Shown: one piece after another, positions 17,603 through 30,689 of the stretch
Layout of the letters: every line of letters starts with the position of its first letter
How positions within the stretch are numbered: position 1 is the stretch's first letter
Source: Ministeria vibrans ATCC 50519
Lineage: Eukaryota > Protista > Filasterea
Length of the DNA: 40,831 nucleotides
Reading direction: 5' to 3'
Assembly: GCA_943704425.1 (NCBI GenBank)
Contig: CALSCP010001655.1
Location: 1 to 40,831, forward strand
Translations under genes and position numbers: made by a program
The notes under the pieces: model-generated
The model's input: only the letters and a program-made list of their open reading frames with translations
Database searches by the model: none
Told to the model about the DNA's origin: nothing

Positions 17603-18291
17603 CTAGTTTGTTCCAGCGGTGACAGAGCTCATCGCAAGAACATGGCACGTCATTTCGTTGTTGTTAGTATCAACACGAGCAATCTCGCCGACGTTGATGG
17701 CAGCCTGACCGTCGAGGCCGTCGTTGCCCGTGACCGTGCACGCACTCGTAGTTCCGTCCGCAGTAACGGAGATGATGGTGTCGCCGTAGTCGTTCTCAGC
17801 AGACTGTGTGACCGTTTGATCGGACTTTGCATACAAATCAAAGCGACAAAACGACTCTTCGTCAGACATGGACTTGCACGTCAGCAACGTGTAGGCACTG
17901 GATGTGTGCGACAAGGGAATGGTGGGAAATGGCACGTCGACGCCTCCCGCCCGTCCGTAGCAGTATACCTATAAAATTGGAAGGACAAAGGACATGACTT
18001 TAATAATAACAGTTGTAAAAGATATGATATAATTAATAGAGAGTAAAGAGCTGTACTCTGTAATAATATTATTTAAAAGGTATTATTAAGGTAAGGTGTA
18101 ACTTCGGTGTAACATCGAGCAGCTTTTTTCCAATAAAACGGAATAGAGACAGAAAATTCAGAAAAACGCTCATTTGGCGGTACCTCAACGCGGCATCGCT
18201 GAAAGCGAGCAGACGGAAGGGGCGGCGGTCCGTCACCCGCAAGAACGGTGGCACAAAGCGCAGCGACAAAGAGAGCGATAACAAAACGCAT
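17603..18291 (-). CDS. Small secreted protein of unknown function (~157 aa, 2 exons)
   Basis: Signal peptide MRFVIALFVAALCATVLA. Exon 18291-18184 splices in phase 0 to exon 17968-17603. The mature part has 6 Cys and is Thr/Ser/Asp-rich with a beta-strand-like pattern. Confidence 0.7.
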
Positions 18292-19419
18292 TCTACGAAT
18301 ATTCTACAAAAAAAAAAAAAGGTCAATGGCAGCTCAAAGACAGTGACGCGGAAGGGTGTCCATGCGACTGCAATGCAGCCTGTAGGAACAGTAGGATGGG
18401 CTACAACGCCAGACGGGCAGCTCTGTGGACGTATTCCTTTCCCATTTCCCTCACTCCCCACATGATATGAAATGGGGAAAAAAAGAAGAAAAAAAAATGA
18501 GAAAAAAAGAGCCACACGGAAGTGACGATAAAGAGTGCTCATGCGATTGTGTCGCTGTACTGCAGATTGCAGTTTGTAGGATGGACTGCTGCGCGAGACG
18601 GACAGCTCCGTTGGCGCGTTCTCTTCCAATGTTTGAGGAAAACGTCAAAAAAATAACGAAAAAAAAACTTTGAAAAAAAGGGTGAGAGAATCGCGAAAGT
18701 GGTGTGAAAGAGCACAAAGGCTGTCACAGCACAATCACTGATGACCCAACTGCCGACCCGCTTGGTTATATTCATAATAATTCACCAAGGGGAGGAACGG
18801 CAAAGCGACCAAAAAACAGGGAGATAACAGAAAAATAACACACGTTTACACGAAGTGTACACCCCCCCTCCGTTTACAGAAACAATTACTTGGGGGTCTC
18901 TTGGTCTGCTAGGTGCTTACACTTTCAGAGCACGAGGAGCGAGAATGACAGAACTCGGAAAAGTGTGAACAATTATTCGAAGTAATCCGTACGAAATCCG
19001 TCCGAAATCCGTACCATATATGGAGAAGCCCACCCGGGAAGAGATGGGATATACGTACTAATTTACTACTGAAGAGTGAAAGAAGAAGGCTCCAGAGCAT
19101 TGCTAATCTAATGAAGCTAATTAGAAGCCAGGGGAAGCAGGGGGGTTCAAAAAAACCCTGCCTGATCGAAGCCTGATCTCCGCCTGATCAACGAGGGAGT
19201 AAGCTATTCGGTGTATGCTTCAGTTGGATCAGTGCTCTAACTCCGTTGGCTTAACTTCGACCAATTTGTCGAAGAGCCAAGAGAACTGTTGCTCTGTGAC
19301 AGGACTGAATAGATGGCCTTGGGTTCGGTCTTGGGTTCCTGTTTCACTATATCAAATAAATGACAGAAGACTTTTCCATTTTAACGAAAAGCGACAACAC
19401 AAACTCACACCAACAGCTC

Positions 19420-20285
19420 AGAACCACTTTTCTCAGCTACAGGAGCATTGCGAAGGAGCGGAGACAGGTTGACTGATAGCCAGGCAAGTGACACGATAGG
19501 CGCCAGATACACCATATCCCTACAGCTGGGAGGGATCGACGTAAGGCTCTGCCACCACGAGACAGATAAAATTACTACGTCTTCATTCTCTCTTGCTTGA
19601 TTAATATTCGCGCGCTTCAGGATTCCAGCCAATGCCACGTGTACGGCAAACACACTCCAATGTCACGCGTGCACAAGACCTCAAGCACAGAGTCACGCAC
19701 CACGGCTTGCGCCACTCGCACTTCGGCCCCACCAAAGGGAAACACCAGAGCACACTTCCTCCTCCATTGCACATGCCCGCAAGTACAGGAGCAGCGACAT
19801 GTGTCACTCGCTACCGCCCGCACAACCCTTACCACAAATCTGCACCCGACAAGCGACAATGACTACGATGCACTCAAACAACTCGGGGAGATGTACCGCT
19901 GCTTTATACACATGGTGTCAACGCCTGACGTGCCGTGTCACGTCACCCCCATTTCCCCCTCCCCCCTCCCCTCTTCTTTTTCCCCTTCCTCCTCCCTCCC
20001 CCTCTTGCCTTTTACCTTCCATGAGTTCCATGGGTCAACCACACCCCCGCCGCCCCCGCGGCGGAGGAGCTTGCTTTCACCCATGCCAGCCTCCTGCTGG
20101 CATTCCCTCTCCAGCCAGGACTTGTTTGACCATCAGCCAACCTGTTTCCCGCCTTTCCGCTTCTTCCCGATGCCCCTCAGCCCCTGAGGCCCTGACCCCT
20201 GTAGCTTTAAAAGTGGCTCTTAGATCGCTCTTTGTTTGTACATTGTGATTGATAATTTTTAACTCATTCAATAAATTCATTCAAT
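19420..20285 (+). mobile_element. Possible degenerate 3' end of a non-LTR retrotransposon
   Basis: ORF 19597-20187 contains NTRAHFLLHCTCP, resembling the C-terminal CCHC zinc knuckle of LINE ORF2. It is followed by a pyrimidine tract and AATAAATTCATTCAA (~20269-20284). A YLGV-like RT motif lies upstream at about 18887-18898. No intact RT is present. Confidence 0.33.
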
Positions 20286-20378
20286 TGGAAAATGGAAATG
20301 TCTTCTTCTTTGATAAAAAGTGAATAAATATTAAATTCATTCTTTCAGCTTTCTTCTTCTTTCTCTAGTTCTTTTTTA

Positions 20379-21275
20379 ATGAAGATTGTAGTTGCGTCCA
20401 AGAACCCCGTCAAGGTTGACGCGGCTCGCTGCTGCTTCAGCGAGTGGTTTGGCAAAACCATCGAAGCTGTTGGTATCGTCGCGTGTCCGCCGTCCCTGCC
20501 CTGCCTTCACCGACTCCGCTGCCTGTAGGCGTCTCCGTGCCGTCGGGTGTGCCAGACCAACCGATGGGAGACGAGGAGACGCTGCGAGGCGCGCGGAATC
20601 GTGCCAATGCCGCTCGCGCCCACGCGTCGACCGCCGCGTTTGTCGTCGCGTTTGAAGGCGGATGCGCCCAAGATGACGATCACAGGTACGCGACATGCAC
20701 ATACACATACACACACACACACGCTATGCCTTCCTCCATGTCCGTGTGCTCCGCTGTGGAGAGCCCTACAAGCAAGACGCGTGTGAATCACATTTTGGTT
20801 CTGCACAATCTTGTGTGTGTCTCTCTCTCCACCGGCAGACACTGAACTCTGCGTTTAGTTCGCCTAACAGGACTAGAATTATCAAATAGCTTGCCATATA
20901 AGGGGCGTCAAGACAATCTGACTCTCGATGCCTAGAACGCAATCGCTGACACGCACACCACACACACACTCTCTCTCATGTTGCAGAAGCCTCTCGGTGT
21001 TTGCCTGGGTTGTCATTCTTGACTGCACGACGGGACAGAGCGGCGAATCGCGCACGGCAAGCTTTGCACTACCGCCACGCATCAGCAGACTGGTCGTAGA
21101 GGACGGCATGGAGCTGGGCGACGCCGACGACGTCGTCTTTGGGCGCAGTAACTCAAAGCAGGAGAGTGGCGTTGTGGGACTGCTCACGGAGGGTCGCATG
21201 ACCCGCAAGCAGTACTACCAGCACGCCTGTCTGTTGGCACTCATTCCCGTCACACACCCCCTCTACAAAGAGTAG
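20379..21275 (+). CDS. yjjX: Non-canonical purine NTP phosphatase (inosine/xanthosine triphosphatase, YjjX/PRRC1 family), ~179 aa
   Basis: Exons 20379-20472, 20529-20685 and 20987-21275. Motifs ASKNPVKV, SGVPDQPMGDEETLRGARNRA, FEGG, ELGDADD, SKQESGVVGLLT and TRKQYYQHACLLALIP. Confidence 0.88.
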
Positions 21276-21319
21276 TCCTCTTTTCGGTTTTTGTACAAAT
21301 CTCTCTCTGTGTATTATAC

Positions 21320-22700
21320 TCATTTTCTCACAAACATATCGGCTGGTTTTGGCGCCTCTTTCAGTAATGATTCAGCACAACTAATCATATGACTCAGTTC
21401 CAAGTCGGTCGGTCGACTCATAGCCTAAAAAATTATTATGAGCACTCTCACTCTCACACACTCCATCGTTCACTCACTCACACACTCGCACACATGCACA
21501 CAATCATTCACTCACTCACTCACACACACTCAATCGTTCCCTCACTCACACACTCGCACTCAATCGTTCCCTCACTCACACACTCAAACGTTCACTCACT
21601 CCACTCTCACACTCACAATCATTCACTCACTCACACATCACTCACTCACTGACTCCCTTACTTTCCATCTGATTCGTCCTTTCTTATCGACCAAATACGC
21701 ATACGGAATCAGCTCATTCTCAATGCCCAATTCTGCTCGAATTCCGTCTCTCATTCGTCCATACGAAAACCCATAAGTTTTCTAGTAGCAAATAAAAAAA
21801 TTCACACGCTTGCTTTTTTTTCTTTCCTCATATTTGGTTTGATACTTGCAATTGAAAGGGCGGGCGTTGCATATTGAGAATCTGTCTGGAAATGAACCCA
21901 TGAAATACGCGCGCAATCATCAGAGGCACTGAGTGAAACTATAATATTACTATGACTGTCAACAATGCAAAAAACACAATAAAGCGGAATCGCCAGAGCC
22001 ACTTACCTCACAAATAGACACGCTGGGCTCGTCGGTGACAATGAGGCGACGGAAGTGCTCCAGAAAGTGTGAGCGGTAGATGAGCGATGTGTCATAGGCG
22101 TAGATGGACGGTCGGATCAAGAGAAGCGTCGCATCGTGCTTGGACGCAATCGCCGCAACCGACAGGCTTCCGTTGTCCAGTGCCTTGCCGGTGAGAGCCG
22201 GAACAACATGCGATTCCTGGCGAAAGAGAGAGATCAGAGCAACATGAAGAAGAAGAAGAAGTCAGTGACTGAATTGTCTCCTTCTTTCTCTCTCTCTCCT
22301 TCTCTTTCCCTCTCTGGCCCATTCTTCCTCCTACTCTTGCTCACACGGCACACTCCTTGCTATACCTCCATGGGAATCAGCGCATCCGCTGCTTCAAACG
22401 TCTTTTCACGGCCCTCCTTGATCTGGTTCGCTTGGTAGCCTCGTCCCTCCTTCAACAACCGCTCGCTACGGATGCCAAGGCGGTGCAGAGGGCAGTAGAG
22501 ATCAGCGCACGCGGTGCAGGGCGGGTGGGGGAGCCTGGGGAGGGCGTGGAGGGGCAGCAGAGCTCGTACCGGCGTGCAAGAATTCTATTCATGCGATTCT
22601 TATGAAAATTTTTCACAAAGTGCCACACTGAGAAAGACCTGCCTCCAGTCGGAGGTGCCAATAGCTGCGCTGATCGGCGAAGAACCGTGACGGAGAGCAT
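21320..22700 (-). CDS. ATP10: Mitochondrial ATP synthase assembly factor ATP10
   Basis: Multi-exon gene with an Arg-rich presequence-like N-terminus (MLSVTVLRRSAQLL). Spliced product includes KTFEAADALIPME-ESHVVPALTGKAL and ELGIENELIPYAYLVDKKGRIRWK (ATP10 signature), ending ...DMFVRK* at 21320. Confidence 0.8.
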
Positions 22701-23036
22701 GGAAATTGAAAAAAAAAAATGAAAACTTAAATTCGTTCATAGTTCATACAATATAGACATACATCCAAAAGAAGAGCGAAGAAAGAAGCCTCGCGTGACC
22801 AAGGCAACGTTAGAATAGTATAAGAATACGTAATATTTACTTTTATTATTTAGTTCTATTCAGCGGTGATATCAGATCTGTGCAAATTGCATAAAAACGT
22901 GAATGATCAGAATTATTCGAAATTCACTTTTTTTTTTCCTTTCTCATCTCGTTTGCTTTGTCTCCACATCCACCAGTTTCGTTGCTCTACCACTATCCCA
23001 GTATCCCTTGCTATCCGCTGAATATTCGACCTCGAT

Positions 23037-23567
23037 ATGGTGCGTAGACTGTGTAGTCGATGGAAACCCCTCGACCCAAATTTTGTTTATGTTTATTATT
23101 ATTATTTTTTTCAACTCCACTTTCTCTCCGCAAAATCAACAATAATAATAATATCGTCATCTTGTTTCATTCTCATGCTGCGCTTCCTGTTTTCCTCGCT
23201 ATTGTAGCCGTCACAACGCATTCGCACTACTCTATGCACACAAGAGCCCCAATCGAACCGTCACAGCGACATACTGGAGGCTGCGGGACATCTTGAGAAA
23301 TTGCCGGCAATCAAAGCAGCACAGCAAATGATTCGCAACTTATTTCCCAACGAGGACCCGCAAGATGTCCCGCACTCCATGACACAGTGCAAGGCCAAAC
23401 TGAAGACAGTTCACATCCACATTGTAGACTATCTGCGTGGCGACTACGGCCGGGCGGGAAGTGCAAAGGCGTTGAGGAAGCGCATAAAGACCCTGGGCTT
23501 CTACCCAAGGCACTTGGCCAAGTCGAACCAGCTTGCGCCCCTCCTCCATTACGTTAGTCAATTGTAA
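23037..23567 (+). CDS. Small basic hypothetical protein (~120 aa)
   Basis: Open frame 23208-23567 after an AG acceptor, probably preceded by an ATG-only first exon (ATG|GTGCGT at 23037-23039). Contains PHSMTQCKAKLKTVHIHIVDY and FYPRHLAK..LAPLL. The 5' end is uncertain. Confidence 0.55.
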
Positions 23568-23702
23568 AACACCATATAAAAAACAATAAAAAAAGAATAT
23601 ATAAAGAAAGAACAAACAAAAACGATGACACAAGCAGAAAAAACGGTTTATTAAAACTCTATCCACGTCACACACACACACACACTCGCTCTCTCACACT
23701 AT

Positions 23703-26700
23703 CTATGAGAGCACCGCGGAGTGACACAAGGGACAATTGGCGAGGGCGGCCATCTCCTGCTCATACGCGCGATGCTTACACACAGCACAGAGCCACACAC
23801 TGGAACTGTGCGCGCTCAAGCGGCGTCCACTCGCAACGCACACGGACGAACGCACATCAAAATCAGTCGCACTAATTGCATTCAGATCCCACTGTTGCGT
23901 GATCATCTGGCCGTCCGACACAGAGGATGAGTGACGCGCGTCTTTGGGCGCGTGTTCCATGAAGATCTGTAGTGCAACGTCCTCATACTCCTAGCATGTC
24001 CGATGATTGTTGAGTTGGGGGAGTGAATTAGCGTATGTGTTTGTTACCTTTCTTTGCGCTGCAGTCAGTTCTGAAAGCGCCTCGAGCCGCATAAACGCAC
24101 GCGAACAGGTCGCAAACATTTTGTTTGAGAGAGCAGTCAGTGCAAGCAAAGCAAAAATGTGTTGAGGGGCAATGAGATCCTCAAAGAGGGTTAGGTAAGC
24201 TGCAGTCTGCATCGACGCATCAATGTACCCATCGTACAGCTATCGAAACAGAGACAAAGACAGAGAGAGAGAGAAAGAAGGAAGAAAAAAACAAAGCGAT
24301 AGAGAAAGAGAGGAGGGAGAAAGAAACAAAGTGATAGAGAGAGAGGAGGGAGAAAGAGACAAAGTGATAGAGAGAGAGAGAGAACGGGCAATAGGCGCCA
24401 TGAGACAAAAAGTCAATCAGGGTCATGAAAGTGACAGTGAATGACTCAGTTGCGCACCTGTCGCTGCGCCAGAATGTAAAAGTGGAATGCCTGTGCGCCC
24501 CTCCACGGCCGCTCCAGTAGCGCAACACTCGCATTGGCATTGGACGCTGACTCGTCTTCTTTGCGCATTCCCGAAAGGACAGACCTAAAGTTATGCACAC
24601 AGACACACAACAATCATCATTACACATGCAGAATCAAGCAGTTGTCTTACCCTTTGTTTGACTGATCATTGGTTGTCTTGTTGAATCGATGGTATTGCTC
24701 CATCAGCAGTCCAGCAAGCACAAACAGTTTCTTGATCCGCACTGGCTTCACCTGTGGCTGTTTCGCCTGTAAATCCCCACAACAAAGAGAGTGTTCGTGA
24801 CGCAGAGTGTCCCATATATTTTTTTTTACCTCTTTCAGTGAGATTTCCATCAAGAGCCGTCCGGCGTCCAAGAAATGGTTTGCTTTGCGGTACAGCTCAA
24901 TAGCGTCAAGGGTGCGCTGTTTCTCCAGCAGGTGCGATGCATACTTGGCCAGAAGACTGTCAATCTCTTTGATGTTGTGCTTCTGAGCCAGCTCAATCGC
25001 CTGCGACGTGAGAGACAATTAAAAACGAGTGGGTCACTCTCATTCATACAAGTCACTCACAAAAACACACTTAAATTACCCACTCACACCAAACATAGAA
25101 GTACCACTCTATCACTTTGTTTCTTTCTCCATCGTTTCTCTCCCTCTATCTATCTCGCTCTCTCTCTCTATCCCTACTTGGTCCCACTGGTTGAGCTCGA
25201 CACACGCCTCAATGGCAGGCTTCACCAGATTGCCTCCTCGCAAGAACGCACTCACTGCTTGAGAACACATTCCAACACTCACAAACTATGTACAAAATCA
25301 AGTTTAAGCTCCATTTTCTTTCTATACTCCCTCGTTCTCAAAACCTTTTGAGCAATCTCCTAAATAAAAACAAAACACAAGTCTCGTTAAGATGGCACGC
25401 ACTTCCTTTCCACTGATACGAGCGTACCGCCAAGAGGTCATGATTGTGCGGAAGGGACTCGGAGAGTCTCTCAAGCGACGCAAAGTCGTCCAGCATGAAA
25501 TAGGCATCAGCCTGACGACGCGGATGCGAACCCTTCTCGTAGTGCACCGCTGCCTGAGCCCTGGTTGGTGAAAGGAAGAAAAAGGAGGAAGGGGGACAGA
25601 AGGATTAAGAATTCAGTGAGCAAATGAGGTGTGTTTGCATCAAAACAACCAATCGTGGTGGGCTCAAGGTGAATGATAAGACACGAATGAATGAGAATGA
25701 GATCAGACACAGAATGAAATATATGAGATCAGACACATGGCGAATGAGATCAGACGCACAATGACAAGAACGAATGAGATCAGACGCACAATGACGAGAA
25801 TGAATGAAATCAGACGCACAATGAATGAGATCAGACGCACAATGAATGAAATCAGACGCACAACGAATAAGACCAGCCATAAACAATGAATGAGATTACG
25901 GTCAAACCGAACGGGATCACACTGCAAGCAAAGGATGACACAATGGTATCACGAATAGGACCAGACTCAAAAACTCTAATTTAATAAAACCACAATCAAA
26001 ATATTACCACTTGAGACGATCCGCATAGTAGTCACCAAGTGACCGCGTTGCTTCGGCCAATAGTCGATCGTCTCCTGCGGCTCCACCAGACACCTCCAAT
26101 AGTCGCTTGGCTCGCACCCAATCCCCCAGTTTGAAGCGCATCTGTGCTCATTTTATTGAAATAATGTCAATTGCAATATTCTGTGACTCCAAAAAAAAAC
26201 ACACACACTCTCTCTCTCCCTATCTAACGTCGCCCTTGTATGTTACCTCCACTGCCAAATCCTTTCGATCAATCTGCACAAACAACTTCTCCGCCTCGTC
26301 AAACTTGCGCAGAAACGCCGCCACTTCCGCCTCCTGAATCCGCTCGTCCCCCAATCGACGCAGTCCCTTCACAAACTGAATCCCAGCAAAGTCCTATGCA
26401 AACAAACTTCGAGATCAACGCAACGGATTCTTTCTTTAAACCCCTTCTGGTACCTGACAGCGCACGTAGGCTCGTTCTGCCGCATCAAAGTTGCGCCCGG
26501 CCAGTGCCGCCTCGGCCAGCAGACGCCACAGTCGTGGGTGCGGGTTGTCGTCGACAAAGGCGTATGCGTCCTTGAAGCTCACTTTGGTCAACAGCTCACG
26601 CCTATACAACACACAAACACACGTTTTTTTGCTTATACACAAAATCCCTCTGTCTTGTCACTTTGTTTCTCTAATCACTCTGTTTCTCAATCACTTTGTT

Positions 26701-26948
26701 TCTCCATCACTTTGATTGCTTTCTCCCTCCTCTCTTTCCACTCTTTCCACTCGTACGTGTCTCTGAGTGATCGCGTCTCGTAGTTGAGAATGACGTCACG
26801 TCTTGGTGCCTCAGGCGCACTCATAATCGCATCGAGAAGTACCGACTTGACAGTGAGATCGTCAAAGTGGCACAGGTAGCCCGAGCACGTTGTGGGTTCC
26901 TACAAATAATACATACTTCTATCAGTTGTTCCGTTCATCCGCTATTCA

Positions 26949-26992
<44 letters not shown>

Positions 26993-28178
26993 TTGTTCGC
27001 CTCTCTTCTCATTCTCTATCTGTCTCTTCTCATTCTCTATCTGTCTCTCTGCTATGTACCTCTGGATCAGTGTCTCTAAAGATGTACATGCGCGTCTTTT
27101 CCATTGCGGCAAACAGCTCAGGGTTGTCCGACGCCCATCGTACGTCCCAAACGTCTTTGCGCTCAAACACAATCTGCTTCCCAAAGGACGTCCGCAGAGT
27201 GCCTTTGGGAAAACAAAAAGGGACAAAAACATTGTGACAAACTTGTAAAACACAATCATTCTTACCTGCGTCTTCGGACGCGTTGCTCTCGAGAGCGGCC
27301 GTGACAGCACTCTCGGGCGTAAGAGCAACAAGTGCAAGCACACCGTGAATATCAATGATGCTCAGTCGACTCGCATTGCAGTTGAGTGACATGGACTGCG
27401 GACGATGGCCCATCGTGAGACGCGACGTGAGTTGCAGCTGAGGAAAGTTGTAGCGCTGAAGAGTGCCCGACTCTCGTGCGACAATAATCATCTACATACA
27501 AAAAGTAATGAGATGGGCAGTGTGATTGATCGAATATTTTCAACCTTTTCGCTGGCAGTAATGGCGCAAATCTGATCCTTTGTGGCGAGTTGTGACTTGG
27601 CGGCAGACGGATTGACACCACCCTGTTTACTGTCGACGTGGAACATCACCTCACGGCCCTTGTCACGACTCACTCCCGCTGCAAACCCACTCGTCACCTC
27701 AGTTTGAAACTATGCAAAACAAAATCAATCAATGTCATTTTGTGCATGTCGTGGACAGACTTTATTCGTACCTGCCACACAAAAATGGTCTCTTGACTGG
27801 CGACCACAGCAAAATCACTGCAGAGCGCAACAAACATGGGATCCATATCCACTTGAACAGAGTCAAGAGGAGAGCCAATCGCATTGCACAGAATCAAAGT
27901 AGACTGTTGTGACAAAGAACACCCAAAGACCACAAGCAAAAATGATTGAGCTTGAAATACAATACATGTGATTGTACAATTGTAAAGTACCTGTCCGGGC
28001 TCATCTGAGTTTGTTGAGAGCAAACAAAGATCTGCCGTAGCCGTAATATTGACGAGGTTCTTGACGTACTTGAGACGGCGCTCGAGTGTCTCACTGTTCC
28101 AGAAGACAACACAGTGCTCCGGACGGTCTGCGCGCACATACGCGTACACCACAGTGTTGTTGGCAAAGAACGCCTAGA

Positions 28179-28212
<34 letters not shown>

Positions 28213-30527
28213 ATATACAAACAAGTAAAAAAGAGAATAAAGACACAAAGTACACCTCTCTTACCCACATGTAGTCAGGCCTGACGTTGGCAAAGAACAC
28301 GTACGAGTCAATAGCAATGACCACCCGCAGTCCAGAGCCCTCCCACGACACTCCATGCAATACTTTGCCCCGACATTTAAGAGTGCGCAAATGCTCTCCG
28401 TACGAGTCGTAAAACTGCACTTGCAAAACAGCCTTTTCACCCTTCTCCGTTGCGACGTACTGCGCACCCGCCACTGCCAGAATTGTTCCCGTCGGGTTCC
28501 ATGCGACCTGCACAATGTGCATTCCCGCGTCAATCAGCGCTGGGTCCGGGTCGTTGATGTCTGCTGACACCTGCAGACGCCCGTTCTGGTACGCCACGAC
28601 CAGCGCCGGTGCGTCCTTGGCCGAAAATCCCCCTTCACCCGCGTACCTTCAATGCATCACTCAGTCAGTCACGCGCACATACGAAGCACACAAAGCACGC
28701 AAAGTCCACAAGCATACAAAGCACACAAAGCACACAAAGCACACAAAGAATACAAAGAATACAAAGAATACAAAGCACTATGCAGACGCACACATATATA
28801 ATAATATATTTACATGCACAGAGACATAAATTATACACCACATACACTTAAACTTTATATGTTTCACCCTTACCAGTCCAATCCTGCGAGAGGCGTGTCG
28901 CCACTCACGTCCCGCACACACGCCACATCCATGCATCCCGATGCATTCCCTGCTGCGTCGTGCACCAGAATCTCTCCTTTCGAAGTCCCAAACAACAACA
29001 GCTTTCCGTCGGGACTCCAACACACTTTCGCCAGAGTGGCTCCTATTGACATACCAAAATCCAAACACGATCAACTGTGCACGACCAAAAACGTTTTCTC
29101 TCCGTTGGATTTTCACCTTTGATCTCTTTGCCCCAAACACGGTTTCCCTCAACACTGCCCACAATCACTGCTCCGTCTTCGTACACAATTGCAATGCGCT
29201 TTCCAAACGCATCCCATTTCATGTCGGTCACCACTGACTTTTGTCGGTTGTTGATCATGTCTTCGTACCACGCTCCACGGTACATTAACCATACCTGAGA
29301 CACAATGCAAGTGTCACGCGAATCTGTTCATTGACCTTGTTTCGATTTGCGTTGGTCTTACCGTGATGAGTCCGGTTGAGTCGCTCGTTGTCAGTTTGCG
29401 GTAGTGATGGTTCCAACAGCACAGCACCACTCGCCCACTGTGTCCCTCCAGTGTTTGGTTCATACTCAGCGCATTCTTATCGCCAGACGCCTCAGGATCC
29501 AGTTGAAGGACCTGGCCAAAAAGAATAGCAACAGGAATAAAAGTTTAAAAGAAGGAGAAGAAGACATTTCCAATCAAAAAAGAGAATAGCAAGGCGTATA
29601 TTAGTTTGGGGATATTTTTTCTCAAAATAATGAGAAAAAATATCAACAAGTAGAAGAACATCAATATAGACTTGAATAAAGGACTATAATTCCCTTTCGA
29701 GTGTCAAAAGAAAGACACACATAAAATCTCATACGAAGACGCAATTTCAAACGGGCATTTTCGAGAAGGTAGGCAGAAAATAATACACTCTGGTGCACAC
29801 TCAGAAACGCTGACTAGATCCCCTTTCGAGTAACAAGAGCATCAAAAAGAAGGAAAGACATAATAATTATAAAAATAACTATTATTATAAATTATTATGA
29901 TAATGATGTTGAATCAGTTGTCATGGCATATTCGTCTCGTCCTTACAACACTGTGCCACTGTACCTTCCTCCACCCATCTCCCCTCTCAAACAATCAACA
30001 GCGGTCTTAATTACAAACACATCTTATCATTGGATGGAACAACGAGCGATTTCCTCTGACAATCTTTCTCTCTTTCTTACTCTCTCATTCTCTCTCTTCC
30101 TGTGTGTCACTTTCTGTCTACTTTCACCAATTTTTGTCATTTTCTACCTTGAGAAGACCATTGTCGCCGCCACAAGCAATCCAGCCTTGTTCGTGGTTCC
30201 ATGATATACTCCGCAACGACGTGTCGTTCGGAATGGCAATCTTCTTGCTACAGAAATTTCAAAAAAACAAAAAAAAATTAAGACAAACCGCTCAGTGTCA
30301 AAAAAGAACAGAAAAAAAAATCAAAAATGCGATTGAAAGCAAACACTGCTTCTGGACTACCCATCATTTTTTCACTTCCAGCGTGCACTCCACCAAAGCA
30401 GATGGCGAAAGACAAAGTAAGGCCAAAAAAAATCCCACGTCACACAAATGTTCTCTCACACACTCTCAAACCAAGTGAAACCCCCCATACTCCACCACCA
30501 AACTCTGTACCTCAAGTAAATGAACAT
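23703..30527 (-). CDS. WDR35: WD repeat protein 35 / IFT121 (intraflagellar transport complex A)
   Basis: Many short exons. N-terminus [13 protein letters not shown]...[18 protein letters not shown]; [19 protein letters not shown]; [20 protein letters not shown]; [15 protein letters not shown]; [15 protein letters not shown]; CSRAFMRLE; C-terminal CxxC...CPLCH zinc finger. Confidence 0.95.
25686..25870. repeat. Intronic minisatellite, ~21-30 bp unit AATGA(G/A)ATCAGACGCACAATG, about 7 copies
   Basis: The ATCAGAC core recurs at about 25702, 25728, 25749, 25779, 25809, 25830 and 25851, inside a WDR35 intron. Confidence 0.85.
28713..28778. repeat. 9-bp tandem repeat ACAAAG(CAC/AAT)
   Basis: Directly visible in a WDR35 intron. 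Confidence 0.85.
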
Positions 30528-30689
30528 TGAGATCGCTGACACTCACAGAAGCAAACAAAATAAAAATAAATTATTATTATTTTATTATTACAAAAATCAA
30601 AAAATTTAAAAATACAAAAATTCTCTCGCTTCCCGCCCTGTATCATTAGTGTAGTACTGTTGAGCTGTTGATCAGTGTCTTTTTTTTTG

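Noticed and set aside
19069-19085. Hammerhead ribozyme core (CTGAAGA...GAAA)
   Set aside because: There is no room for stem II and no convincing stems I or III.
20208-20233. Histone 3' stem-loop-like sequence
   Set aside because: Only half matches, the stem does not pair, and no histone gene is adjacent.
25686-25870. CRISPR-like repeat array
   Set aside because: Units are tandem with no unique spacers, lie inside a eukaryotic intron, and no cas genes are present.
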